Positions 40,546-52,182 of a stretch of 64,000 nucleotides of DNA are shown one piece after another; positions within the stretch are counted from its first letter, which is position 1; every line of letters starts with the position of its first letter. The notes under the pieces are model-generated. The model made no database searches. It worked only from the letters and a program-made list of their open reading frames with translations, and was not told where the DNA came from. Source of the stretch: Raillietiella orientalis (taxonomy: Eukaryota); contig JAYWIR010000039.1 of NCBI GenBank assembly GCA_036172245.1, positions 1,116,001 through 1,180,000 of the forward strand, written 5' to 3'. A program made the position numbers and the translations under genes.

Positions 40546-41215
40546 GTGCTGAAGAATCGTTCTCCTCCTTAAGGGGAGCTCATGAAGCTCTTGAGCACTG
40601 CCCGTGCCACCCGAGGGTGCGTCTCAACTCTTCAGATTAGGGAGTGTTCCGGGAGGGACTACCCTATGAATGCAGGAAGGGTTCCGGAGGAGTCCGTTCC
40701 TCTCCCATTCTTGGGAGGGACTCTGAAGGGAACCCTCGCCCGGGTTGTCTCCGGAGAGATCCCCTAAGAGGACCACCCCTCATTCTTAATCCGGAGAGCA
40801 CTCGCAAGGGAGCCGCTCCATGTTCCACACTTCTGAAGAGCACCCCGAAGGGAGCAACGCACTTCTTACACTCAAGAGAAATATCAACTCACCAGCTCCA
40901 TGGAATGCTATGGAGGGTCCCACTCGGAGGGGAAACCCCCTTCTCTACCGGAAGGGAACCCCGAAGGGCTCCTTGATTCCTGGAAGGATCCCGGAGGGTC
41001 AACTTCCAATCCCGGCTAGTCAATGGGAGCGTCCATCTTCTTCCAGTGCCGCACCTGAAGCCCACAGGCCAACCAATGTCATCCCGTGGAAGGAGGGAGA
41101 CTCGACACCCACGACGCACCCATTTCTCGGCGTCGATCTCCGACTCAGGGATTCGAACACGCGACTCCTGGCACCATGCGTGGAGACCGCAGCCACACGG
41201 CCGCTAACGCGGCCC
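40546..41215 (-). mobile_element. tRNA-derived SINE, copy 4
   Basis: Head with TAGCGGCCGTGTGG and GTTCGAATCC, shared body and 3' end gaggagaacgattcttcagcac. No A tail visible. Confidence 0.8.
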
Positions 41216-41799
41216 GAAACCCGGAGCGGGATGGAGGGGACAATAAATTAAGGAAAGAAGGACGGGAAAGAAAAGCTTCCTCTTCTCTCCCGTCCTTCTT
41301 TCCTCAATTTGGCACGTTCCTTTCTTCCCCAAAGCGGCTGTGGATGGGAGCGATCATCCTGACGACTTCTTCAGGCAGGTGAGGTCACCTTGCAGCCGTC
41401 CTCATCGAGGCGGCTGCCATGCTGGTGGCCTCCCTTCGCTGCGAGCATGGCTCCATCACGGAACGGGCTGTGAAGATGGCGTAGATGCTGCATTGTGTTG
41501 CGATCACGCCGCCCGTCGTCGGCTTGCCTTCTTCTCACACGGGTGCTCCGGGCGTTTATTGCTAAACTATCCGGGAACCAGGTTCCCGGACAAAGGGTAC
41601 AGAACGGAGGGAGGACTCCCCGACATGCAGGTCGATAAATCCGAAAGTCCGGAATGGGAGGGTGGGGAAATATTTAAATAAATATTTAAAAAAATATAAA
41701 TAAACATATGGGGAAGTTAGGGAACAGGGATCTTTGGCTTCGGCCGTTCCTTTCTTTCAGAGCCGGCTTTGGATGCCGGAGATCTCTTTTCTGACGTCT

Positions 41800-42500
41800 T
41801 CTGGAAGATGAGGCCACCTGGCAGCCGACGTCATATTCTCGTCGGCTATTCCGGTGGCCTCTCGACGAATCGCCTGCGAATCCAGCTGTCAGTGGACCTC
41901 GTCTATGGTGCCGATGCAACATACCGATGCGACAACAGCACCTAACGACAGGTCGCCTGGCGTGAAGAAGCGGCGCATAGAAGTCCTTGCGGTGTCCCCC
42001 TGGTGCAGGAGAGCTGAAACCAGCCTCCGCCACAGTCCTTGGAGGACACTGCAGTCGAAAAAAAGGTGCGGGAGCGAATTCCGTCGCCCCGCGTCTGAAA
42101 CAGTTCGGGGAGACACAACACTCCCGGAAACCAGGTGTCTGCGATGGTTGCATCAGCAATAGCCAGTGCAGAAATAGCAAAACATCCCCGTTTCCAACGT
42201 AGAGGTAGCACCGCAGTGTCTGCATACAGGAGAAGAGGAGGGCACAAGTTCCTCAGTGGCCACATGGAGCTGGTCACTCCATCGTAGGAGAGTCCCTTCG
42301 CCCGGAAACGAGGAGTGGAGCAGTCCACCAATCGTTCGTCTTGCAGCCATCGAGGAGTTTTCAACTCTTGCAATGCTGCTGGACAACTCCCACTACGTCG
42401 GTTGGCTGCTGTCATTGGTTGCCCTGAGGGCAGACAGTGCTGTGGAAAGGGGCGAGACGGCTATTCGAGACCACTGCTTCCAATCCCGCAGTATATCTCC
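41800..42500 (-). mobile_element. Possible eroded LINE RT remnant (RTE-like)
   Basis: W...TPRFRAKG...YDGVT, WFPGVLC..LF and FFDCSV..GLW. Weak. Confidence 0.3.
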
Positions 42501-43841
42501 TAGAGGCTTGCATAGGAGTTTCCGTGGTGGACGAAGCTCCTCTGGGAGCACTTCCGAAGTGGACTCCAGTGCCTCCTGCCTCCAGGAGTTCCAGTTTAGG
42601 GGGAGCCAGGAGATCCAAGGCTGCGATTCCAGAGGTGGGGACAGTTGCCTCAGGAGAAAGCCGAATCCCGATATCCTGTTTCGGTAGGGCGGCAGCAGCC
42701 ACAGAAGTCCTGCGCTTCCAGTGCACCTCCGAAGGAAGTGGCGCGCGGGATCATACTAGGGAGCGAGGTCCACAATTTGACGCGAAATTTGGAACGGTGC
42801 CTGCAGTCCCATTTCGTGCATGGTCAAGGTGCGGCGGCGCCACCAAAATTCGTTCAGCCGGATACAGTGGGGCAGGACATCTCGGTCATCTTCAGGTGAA
42901 CAGAAGATGGCAGACGTTTGAACAGGAAAAATCATAAAGCTTCGTTTTAGGACCGGTGAGAAAAGAGAACGCGGATGTTCCTGTCTGAAGAAGATGGCTG
43001 ACTGCTGGAAAAGGGACGTAAACTGTACGGGAACGTGACACGATCTTGTTCGTTCCGTGAGACGAGAAGTTTGAGGGCGCGAGATACTTTTTTGGATATT
43101 CTTTTTCTTGCAATCGTCAGCGGGAATCTCAAAGGCTCGACTCCAAAAATTCTCAAAACGCAAGGAAATCCACACTTCAGTGACCACTGCTGGTTTGCGA
43201 ACCACTGCCCCTATCTTCAGGTGTGACGTATGAATGCATCCTTTGCTTCCTGACGAACAGGAAACCGAACAGAATTCATGCGTCACAGGTACAAATAGGG
43301 GCAGTCGGTCGATAATCCACGCGTGTGAAGAAGGACCTGTAAGTAAATAAACACGTGCGTCAATGCGTACATTAAAGATATTCAGATGTACATATCCACA
43401 CATCTTTTATTTGAGCTCATGCAAAGACGGCAGAAAGGGGCAAACAAGAAGATTCGATGTGCAGTGTTCGCGTGAAAGTTTCCGAGCAACGCACGTGAGG
43501 AAGAAGTTGAGGAAATTCTTGATGGCTTGGAGTTTCGATGGGTCCACGGAGTTTGCTTTCTTGATTAAAATGAGAAGTGTAGGGGCTGGGGAAAAAAAAT
43601 GCAGTCTGAAAAGAGACGTTGAAACCAATACACAAAAATATATATAGGAAACTTTCTTAAGGAGCAGAAGACAACAAAAAGAGGGTGATTCTGTAGCTGC
43701 TGATCTCAACACCCTCAAGGAAATTTATGATTCGCTAAACCTTACAATTTGACCCGAACAGGAAGGAGCTGAGACGAACGGACTCGGTTGACAAGAGTCC
43801 TGCGTAGCTTTAGAAAATGCCCAAAGGACGTTTTCTGAAGC

Positions 43842-43948
43842 TTCGTACACAAAGTGGGCAAGCTGGTTGGGGAATTCGGTACACGAAAAGGCGCCTCTGT
43901 TGAACAGAGAGAAGAAGTGGAATCCACTTTTCCTTTTTTTCCAACGAA
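43842..43948 (+). repeat. Direct repeat, copy A (partner 45827-45952)
   Basis: ttcgtacacaaag(t/c)gggcaag...ggggaattcggtacacg...ggaa(t/c)ccac...ttttttccaacgaa is shared by both copies. Confidence 0.8.
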
Positions 43949-44699
43949 TTCTTCGTCGGAATGGCTTCTTGATGTACGCGAAGCTGAAGCTGACGAATTC
44001 TTCACAAACATCCATCCAAGCATCTTCCTCTTTGCAGCTGAAGAAAGAGTTTTATCTTGAAATCAGGCGACAAATCTTGATCTTTTTTTCGTTTTTTTTT
44101 TTTTTTTTTTTTGCATTCGGCGTCTAGAATGATGAGAAGCTGCAGAGCAAAGGCACACCAATAAGGAGAGAGAATGAGACAAAGGCAATTCTACATTCAA
44201 CATCCTGACATCCGAGGCAGTAAAGGAGTGATTAGGGATTTGATCGAAACTAATTGCTTTGTGTCTTGATGTGTAAATCAGGGGGTTATTAACGTGTTCC
44301 GGAATTCAAGCCGAATGTACGCAAACTCGTCTGCCATTTTGAAAACTGCGTCGTTGTTTGATGTCGCCCGGTTGTTAAACGAGGTGTTTACGAGGCGAGA
44401 CAGAACGAGGCCCTACAAAAAGCATTCGGTCTTATGCAAAAGATTCGATGCCTGTGGAAGGAAGAAACGGTCTCATCTCATGGACGCTGAGCGGACGTGT
44501 GTTCCTCCGCCCGCGGGAGCAAGCAAAACCACTTCGCTTTCACTTCCTGGATGGACGCGGAGAGAAGTAAGTGAAATCAAAAGCAAAAATCCACCTTGGT
44601 CCAGGATTTTAGGAGGAAAAAGTTGTCGGAGTCATAATTAACATCAGTGGGTCTTGAAGTGTTTGTTTCAAGGACAGCAGTAAACTTCACACCCGTGAA

Positions 44700-45650
44700 G
44701 GAAACATCGAAATTTCAAAGAGGAACCTTGGTCCGTCGGTCGCCACGTTCCGCGAGGCACGAGATCCTTCTCGCAAGAGCTCCAGAATGTTCCAGCTCCT
44801 TGCCTGCAACCGCTTTGAAAGATGGCTCCTCCCCTGTACACGATAGGATGGTGCAGGAAGAGAGCTGGAACCCTCTCAAACGGAAGGGTCGTGCCATTTG
44901 GAAAAACGAGTCACCATAGCGATGCCTCAATTTTGGAATGCGGAAAAATGGCTCCAAAGATTGCGCCGCCAGCGGCGAATGTTCTCAACAACTTGGGGAG
45001 ACACCGGGTGTTTGACATGAGCGCACGTCAGCAGCATTCCTGCAGCGACTCTCTCCCTTTTCACTGTGCCCGCACTGAGATGTGATGCGACCCACGTCCT
45101 ACGATCACAGGATGCTGGACAGCTCCAACAGAACAAATTTCACGAAAACGGAACGCTGGGAGCATCGAGGATAAATCCCGAAAATCCATGCTTCAAACTC
45201 GGGATCATTCCGGAAGACGGAAAGTCAAAAATAAAGCTGCGTCCGCTCTTCAGCGCGCTCTGACGGTCACTCGGACAAAGGGATTGGCTTGCGAGCACCT
45301 TGATCGACTTTCGTTTCGCAACACCTCACTCCGCACACCAATGCCCTGAGTAACCCTTTCAAGATGAAAGCAGAAAACTTTCGATGACACGAAGTATCGC
45401 ATGCCCGAACGCCTCGCGCTTCCTCCGTCCTCTTCTGAGCATTTGTTCCGGTTGCCGGGAAATCCCTTATCATCCAGAATCTCGATCCTGTTGTCCCGTT
45501 CCGCTGGCCACCCTTTCTTGTTTCTCTCGTTCCCTAGAGATTCGGTGCCCGCTGATGCTGCCACGATGCAGCCGTCTCGGCATCGTGACATTGCGTTGCT
45601 GTTAAAAGAGCCGTATGATTCTTCCTCCTTTTGCATCCAGTGCTCGCTGA
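44700..45650 (-). mobile_element. Decayed rve/DDE integrase, KRBA2/SCAND3/Ginger-like
   Basis: Ordered remnants: ...CGVRCCETK..KPI, ERTQLYF*...DPEFEAWI....VKFVLL (cf. QVDLID..DGEYKWIL..QDH.TKFV.LRPL), HSEKGE (cf. HSDNGREF), KHPVSPQVVE (cf. RHPQSQG.VE), LRGFQ...PSFKAVAG (cf. L.FVQ...SPY.AMFG). Confidence 0.6.
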
Positions 45651-45826
45651 AATCTCAGCAGAAACCATGCCTTCTGAGCGACCAGTCCACTTGACGGTGA
45701 CTGTGACCCCATCCTCTTTCGAACGGATCTCGAGGTGCTCTCCTTCGCATCCGAAGCAATCTCGCCCATTCTTCTAATCGTCTTTTCGCTTAATGCAATG
45801 ACAGCGTTGCTCCTTCCTGCTGTACT

Positions 45827-45952
45827 TTCGTACACAAAGCGGGCAAGGTCTTGGGGGAATTCGGTACACGGAGATGCGGACATGGAGCTCTAGCCGAACG
45901 AGGAGAGGAGGAACGGAACCCACCTTTCCTTTCCTTTTTTTTTTCCAACGAA
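45827..45952 (+). repeat. Direct repeat, copy B (partner 43842-43948)
   Basis: See copy A. Confidence 0.8.
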
Positions 45953-45999
45953 CTCTCTCCATAGGACGGGAACCTGCCATCGTCCCTCACTGAAGGCAG

Positions 46000-46900
46000 A
46001 TGCCTACCAAGGGCGAGTCACCATCAGGTTTACCATGAACGACGCAAGAGGCCACTCGAGTCTGCTTTTGCGTTTGAACCACTGATCGCCAGCCCCTCGG
46101 AAAAAAGACCCTGCACGGACGAAAGAGGAAGCAGCAATAGTTCGAAAGTCACTCGCGAAAGTTCTTCCGCCGCTTCCGGGGAGCGCGTCCCGACTGCTCC
46201 AGCGAACACGGGAAGAGTCCGTGGAGCTGCATGAGGCCGCCACGCGGATCGGAGAGGTGCCACCTCCATCGGCGAAACGCGACTTCACACCCACGCGGGC
46301 AGCACGGAAAATGACGACGCGCGCTCCCCAGGAGCACGGGAGCAGCTCGGCAGGCGAGCGAAGACAGATGACGGAGGGGTCGATACGGACTCGGGCTCGG
46401 GAGTGCGAGGTCCACGCCAGGAATCTCCCGTCACGTCAACGACCTTTCCCGCCGGATCCTTTGTTCGTGCTCGGAAAAACGCTCCGCTGCAGGGGAAGCT
46501 GCTCATCAGCTCCCGGTAACAAGCAGCGACCAGGCACTCACGAAAGGCACTCCCATCTCGTATCCCGTGTGCAAGGAGACCCTGCAAAAAAATGCCGACA
46601 GCCTCTTTTTTTCCATCCTGGAAAGAGGCGGTCTCCAGACGCCCCCTCTCTTGCTGGAGGGACCGCACCCTGGACTATCCACGAGTATGACAAAGGCACG
46701 CACTCCGGACAGCCCGAGGGGATCTCGATGGAATCTTGCTGGATGCAGCTGCTGCTGCTGCTATGCAGCGCCGCTGCGTAAGAACACCTCCACATCTGGC
46801 CCCCACGAGAGCAGTTCGCCCGCCTTTCCTCTATCCGCTGAGAGCTGATGTCATCGCCCTCCTCTTCCACCCTCCGTTTCACCTTGCCGGTACCTATTCT
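46000..46900 (-). mobile_element. Eroded LINE RT remnant (CR1/L2-like)
   Basis: VGIFLQ...AFFRAR, VSTPPSSVFARL (GVPQGSVLGPL) and SRFADG...C...RWS (FADD..C..LQ.DL..WS). Confidence 0.45.
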
Positions 46901-48404
46901 TTTCCGAATGATTTGGTGGAGCCGAGCACCACAGCGTCCCCCTTGTCGTCCAGCTTCCCCCCCCCCCCCTCACCACCATCACCACCTCCAAGGAAGCTCT
47001 GCCGCCGTCTCACCGCGTCACGCCGTTTCCGAGTCGCCTCCAGCAGCGTGTCGGACGATACGCGCAACGAAGTCCCCCCCTTTCCCCACTCCACCACCGG
47101 AGCGTTTTTGAGGCACACGTTGAGATCTCCAGCAGTTCGGGATGCTCCACATCCCCATCCCGGAATCCAAGACGTCGTTCACCCCTCCTACTTTGTCCTT
47201 GGCAGAGAACCCTTCTTTTGTCGGTCTCTCCATATTCGGAGCGCCTTTCCGACGCCGCCCACCGCCAGAAGTCGGTCATCCACACATCGGATCGAGAAGC
47301 CAGGTGTCGGCAACCGGAAGGAGGCCGTTCGCCAAGATGATGTACGATCTTGGAGGCGCTTCCTTCTGTTGCTAACGGGACGCTCCACTGCTCTTGCAAA
47401 TTCTGTCGAGCCCGCGAGAACGGAAAGGCACGGAGCAAACGAAAAAGGAAGCCACTTTGAGCTGACCCGCGCGCCCCTACGCGCCTCTAGCGACAGCAGA
47501 AGTCCCAATGTCCGTACCGGACGCGCTGCCTCGTCTCGCGGAGGGAGCAGCAGCAGTTGCTCCGCTCCACTCCTAGGTCTCCCCTTCCCTTCCCTTTTTG
47601 TGTTTTTCCTCCCTCAGAGAGGGCCACACGATTGATCGCGGAAACACCTCAGTTCACGCACAACGGCCAGATCGCGTTTCCGCGGCAACGCAAGAGTTGC
47701 AGCTGCCGTCGCTAGTTGAGTACACGGTGGGCAGGCAGCAGCGGACAACAGCCCCCCGAACGCCGTCACCAGCCCCGAAGTATCACCTGTGCCCGAATGG
47801 CCCCGGAAGAAATAGGGCAGCGCAGGTGACAGCGTAGCGCTGGCGACCACGGGGCGGTGATCGGTCTCAACAGCCAACGCTCGACCAAGACGCGTTCGGA
47901 TGCCCGGCGCACGATGGTCCCTCGTCCGCTGCGAATCCCTGAGCTCGCAAAGCACAAGAGGGAGCCGCTGTGGCTGCTGATCGCTCCCCACATACCACCA
48001 CCACTCCAGGGTAAGGGATGAACGCTCCCAAGGCTTTCCGTCAGATGCGCCACCACCTACGGTCGCTTCCGGGAGAAAGGGATGGCGTGAGCTCGAGTCA
48101 GATCCGCCGCTGTACGTAAGCACCCCTTTCCATCTCGTTTTGCGAAGGGCAGCTGCTGCATCACCACAGCCCCCGCGCCGTCCGTCCGGCAAGTGTGGGC
48201 CGCCGGGGGGTGAAGCGAAGCCCAGCGGAGTTGAACGTGTACCGCGCCTCCTCGAAGGCAGACGGGAACTTTCGCAGCTACCTGCTCGCTCCAGAGCCTC
48301 TCCTCCTCCCGCAAAAAGGGAGGATGGGGGAAGAAAGGACACGAAAGGGGCGGACTGGGTGGAGGAGAGGTCTTTGGCCCTAACGCCTTGTCCATAAAAA
48401 TCGC

Positions 48405-48410
48405 TTTATT
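48405..48410 (-). terminator. Polyadenylation signal of the MYND gene
   Basis: TTTATT on plus (AATAAA on minus), ~120 nt downstream of the stop codon in otherwise GC-rich sequence. Confidence 0.65.
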
Positions 48411-48527
48411 GGGGATACCGGGCTTGGCGAGAAGGAGGGCGCGTTCGCCGTCGTGGTCAACGCCGTCCTCTTCATTGTTACCAGTGGGGTAGCGAAGGAG
48501 GGGGGAGAGGGATGGGGTTGCTGCGGG

Positions 48528-51500
48528 TCATGCGGAGCACACCTCGGAGTGTTCGTCCCAGTCGCGCACTTGGCAGTCCCTGCTGCAGTACCACTGCCTG
48601 GTGCAGCCAGCACACACGAACTGCGCCAGCCGGGTCCTGCACCCGCAGCACAGCGGTTCCGGCCTGCCGCCGCCGCCGCCGCCGCCGGCGCTGCAGTCGT
48701 CTTCCTCTTCTTTCTGGAGCAGGGCGATGAGGGTAACAGCGGATGCGAAGGGTGTCTGGAGGTGGGTGGGTGGCGGGGCGGTAAACGGAAAAGGGGAATG
48801 AAGGTGGAGAGAGGGAGGAAAACGGGGAAGAAAATGGGGCGAAGGGTCTCCTCCTCCACCCAACTCACCACGGTTGCGCCTCCTCCTCCTCCTCCACCGC
48901 CTCCTACTCCCCCCTCAGACTCGGCGGCGAACATCCGCTTGATGTTGTCGGCGAAGAGCTGGTTCAGAGGAGCGGCATCCGAGCCTCCTCCTGCCGGTCT
49001 CCCCTTGGCTTCCGAGCGAGACTGCGGCGGAACAACGGCGGTCACAACACAGGGCTCCGCCAGAGTCCCCTCCGCCCCCCTCCCTTTCCCTTGGGGACGT
49101 CGTCTTTCCCCCTCACCTCGTGGAACTTGGACAGCTGCAGCAGCACGTCCTTGTAGCTGACCCTCGGATCGTGCAGGTTGAGGCGGGGGATCGAGGCGCC
49201 GTTGCTGCGCGGGATCGCCGCGGCGACAGCTTGGGGCCAGGGAGATGAGGATGAGGACGACTCCTCCTCGTCCCCCTGGCCGCCGCCGCTTGCACTGCCG
49301 CACGCGAGGACCTCCACCTCTTCTGGCTCCATGGGAGCGCCGTCGCTCTCGTCGCCGCCAGCACCACCTCCACCGCTGCCACCAGGCGGCCTCCATCGGC
49401 GTCGGTAGCGCATGGGCCGGGAACCCTCGTGGGCGTCCGGGTGACGGGCCCGGTGCTCCGCGATGAGCGACTGGACGCTCACCGTCGGCTTGTCGGCGTG
49501 CGGGAACAGCAGGTTGCGCACGAGGGCGTCCTGGTAGGAGGCAGCCGGGGTGGCAGGCGGCTTGGGCAGAATAGGTCTGGCTCCTCCCCCGCTGCCGCCG
49601 CCTCCACCCGCTGAAAGCGCAGCCGCCGCTGCTGCTGCAGCGGCGGCGGCTACACGAAAACCGGCTGTTGGGAAGCAGGCGGTCGACCTGGAGGAGGTTC
49701 TTGCTTACCCAGGTCCTTGGTCTTGGGGTCGGTCTTGGGCATGCCGCCCACCGACACTGCGCGCGGGTCCGCGGGCTTGCGGACTGGAGCAGGGGTGGAA
49801 GGCGCGTCACTGCGGCCGAGGATGACCAGCACCTCCTTGCGGCGCCGCAGCTTCAGGTACAGCAGCTCCTTGCGTCGCTTCGTGTCGATCACGTGGTTCC
49901 ATTCCCTCTCCTTCTCCTTGGCCAGCCCGTCCAGGCCCTTCAGCTCCTTGCGCAGGACCTGCATGCGCCGGTCGACCTCGTCCAGGTTGCGTGGGAGGTC
50001 GTCGATGGAAAGGGAGGAGCAGTCCGCAGCGTCCAGGTCGAAACGGGGGCGCTTGGACAGCGTGATGGACACTTGGCTCTCATGGTGTTGATGGTGCTGC
50101 TGATGATGGTGCTGCTGATGGTGGTGCTGTTGTTGGTGATGGTGCTGCTGCTGCTGCTGCTGCTGCTGTTGCTGCTGCTCGCGCCTAGTTGCTGCAGGAA
50201 ACGTGGCGCGCAACTGCGGCACCAGGGAGATGGACACCGACGGGGGATGCGTGATGGGCTTGGAGAGACTAGCAGCCAGCAGGGGGGATTGGGCGACCAT
50301 CCTCGAAGAGTCACCATCGTCCTTGAAGTCCTCAAAGGACTCTTGGAGTTCCGCACGAACGCGCAAGCCCGTGGAACTTGGCAAAGGGGCTGTCACTGCT
50401 GACGATGATGTCGCTGTTGACGTCGTCGCCGTTGCCTCGCCTTCGGGCTTGTCACCACTGCTCAAGAGTTCTTCATCTTCGCCCTCGGTGGCAGCAACAG
50501 CGTCGGTGGCAGTCGGGCTGATCGGCAGCTCGGGTTGTTGTTGCGGCTGCTGCTGCTGCTGCTGTTGTGCTGCGTTCGCTGCCGCCACCACTCCAGTCTG
50601 CAGCTTGTCGAAGAAACCGTCTGCAAGGGAAAGAGGACACGGGAAGGGACGGAGTTGGCGCGGACAAATAGAACGCCCCCTCCCCCCTCCACATCCCACT
50701 CCCTCCTCCTCCCCTCCCTGTTCCCGGGTGATGACCGACCTTTCGTCGAGAGCGCCGGGGAGGCGTCCAGCATGTCGTTCAGGGTCATCATCAGACTCAG
50801 GGATCCCTTCGGCGAGGAGGGGCCGCCACCACTGCCGCCGCTGGGAGGGTTCTTCTTCTTCGCTGCCTCCGCGTTCGACCCCTCTTCGTCCGGAGAGGAC
50901 AAGGAAGGGGGGGAGGAAGACGGACACGGAGATGGCGAGGGGGAGGAAGAGGAAGACGAGGAAGAGGAGGAGAAGGATGGCGGGGCGCCACCGCGCGCCC
51001 TGGAGGAAGGGACGTTGTGGACGATGTACTTGGCGTCGAGCTTACGGTTCGACCGCGACCGCAGGGTCTTCCTCGTGCCTTGCTCTTCGGCCCGCCCGTT
51101 CTCCACAGCGGCCGCCGCCGACTCCGTGATCATGTCGACGCACCTGGGCACACGGGGGACACCGGGCCTTCAGTAGTGGACCCACCAGCAGTGAGGGGGG
51201 CCTCCCACACTATCCCTTTCGAGCGCGCAGGTAACAGGCGGCAAGGGAGGAGATCGGGGGGGGGGGGGGAAAGGGGGGGAGGAGAGAAGAAGTGGACCGC
51301 TGACCCGTACTGACCGACATTCCTGCGACCTCCACGTTACCACGAGCCGCCTAAGTACCTGCTGGCGCTGCCTGCGTGCACCACCGCAGCAGGCCAGGGT
51401 TCCCTTTGTTCGCATCTTTCTTCCTATCTTCTTTCTTTCAAAAAGGGCAGAGGTGTCCCCTGTGTGGAGGGGGCAGTAAAGGGGGGGGGGGGACGGAAGA

Positions 51501-52182
51501 ACCCGCAGTGAAACCACGGTGGCGCTTTCTCGAGAGAGGAGGGGGGGGGGAGGGGAAGGAAGAGTAAAAAAAAAAAAAAAAAAAAAAGGGAGAGAGAACT
51601 TACCGGATGCGCGCGGAAGGACCGTCTAGGTTTCACTTTCGTTTGCGCGCCCGCGTTGGGTCATCCCAGCCGAAAGATAACCTTGGAAACGGATGGGCCT
51701 GTTTGTCAATCGCCGGCTCCCGAAATGCGGGCCAAGGCCATCGCGACACAAAAGGATCTCTCGCGGACGGACGGACGGACACGGACGCCCCTCTTGCGGG
51801 AGGAGGGCGGAGGCGACACGGGAAGGACGGAGAAAGGGAAGAGTGGGGGGGGGGGAGGGAGGAGAGAGAACGGCAACCCTTCCGGACGGTGGCGCGCCGA
51901 GCCGCCACTAGCCACGGGCCTCCGCGACGTGCTGCGACGGAGGAAGGAAGGAGGTGAAAGGGGAGAAGGGGAGGGGACAGCGGCAGCATCCACGGGAGAC
52001 CGCGAGCAAAACCCCGCGTGCGCGCGCGCGCACGCACGCCCTCAGCGCAGGCAGGCAGCCGACCCCACAACACACAAACGGGAAGTGAGGGCTTACCTAT
52101 ATCTCCATCCGCTCGACGGTACGGCTGGGGGCGCACCACGCACACCCGTCACAACACGTAACACGACGCTCACTTACGCCAT
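48528..52182 (-). CDS. Spliced gene for a ~730 aa low-complexity, coiled-coil protein with a C-terminal MYND zinc finger (probable transcriptional co-regulator)
   Basis: Exons (minus): 52182-52178 (ATGGC|GTAAGT, tentative), 51143-50740, 50620-49709, 49649-49117, 49021-48869, 48713-48528. All introns are GT..AG with matching phases (2,1,1,0,0). The total is 2193 nt = 730 aa + stop (725 aa if the ATG at 51133 is used). The model stitches track ORFs 50462..51151, 49650..50927, 49042..49521, 48380..49810 and 48528..48863. It includes a coiled coil (LDEVDRRMQVLRKELKGLDGLAKEKEREW...), poly-Q/H, poly-S and poly-G tracts, and AATAAA downstream. Confidence 0.88.
48537..48650 (-). other. MYND-type zinc finger domain in the last exon
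   Basis: CCGC-RTRLAQFV-CAGC-TRQW-YCSRDCQVRDWDEH-SEVC fits the zf-MYND pattern CxxC...CxxC...YCSxxCQxxDWxxHxxxC. Confidence 0.93.

Noticed and set aside
44900..44930. RYGDSFF as a family-B DNA polymerase (Polinton) motif
   Set aside because: No other PolB motifs are present, and the surrounding sequence fits an rve integrase.
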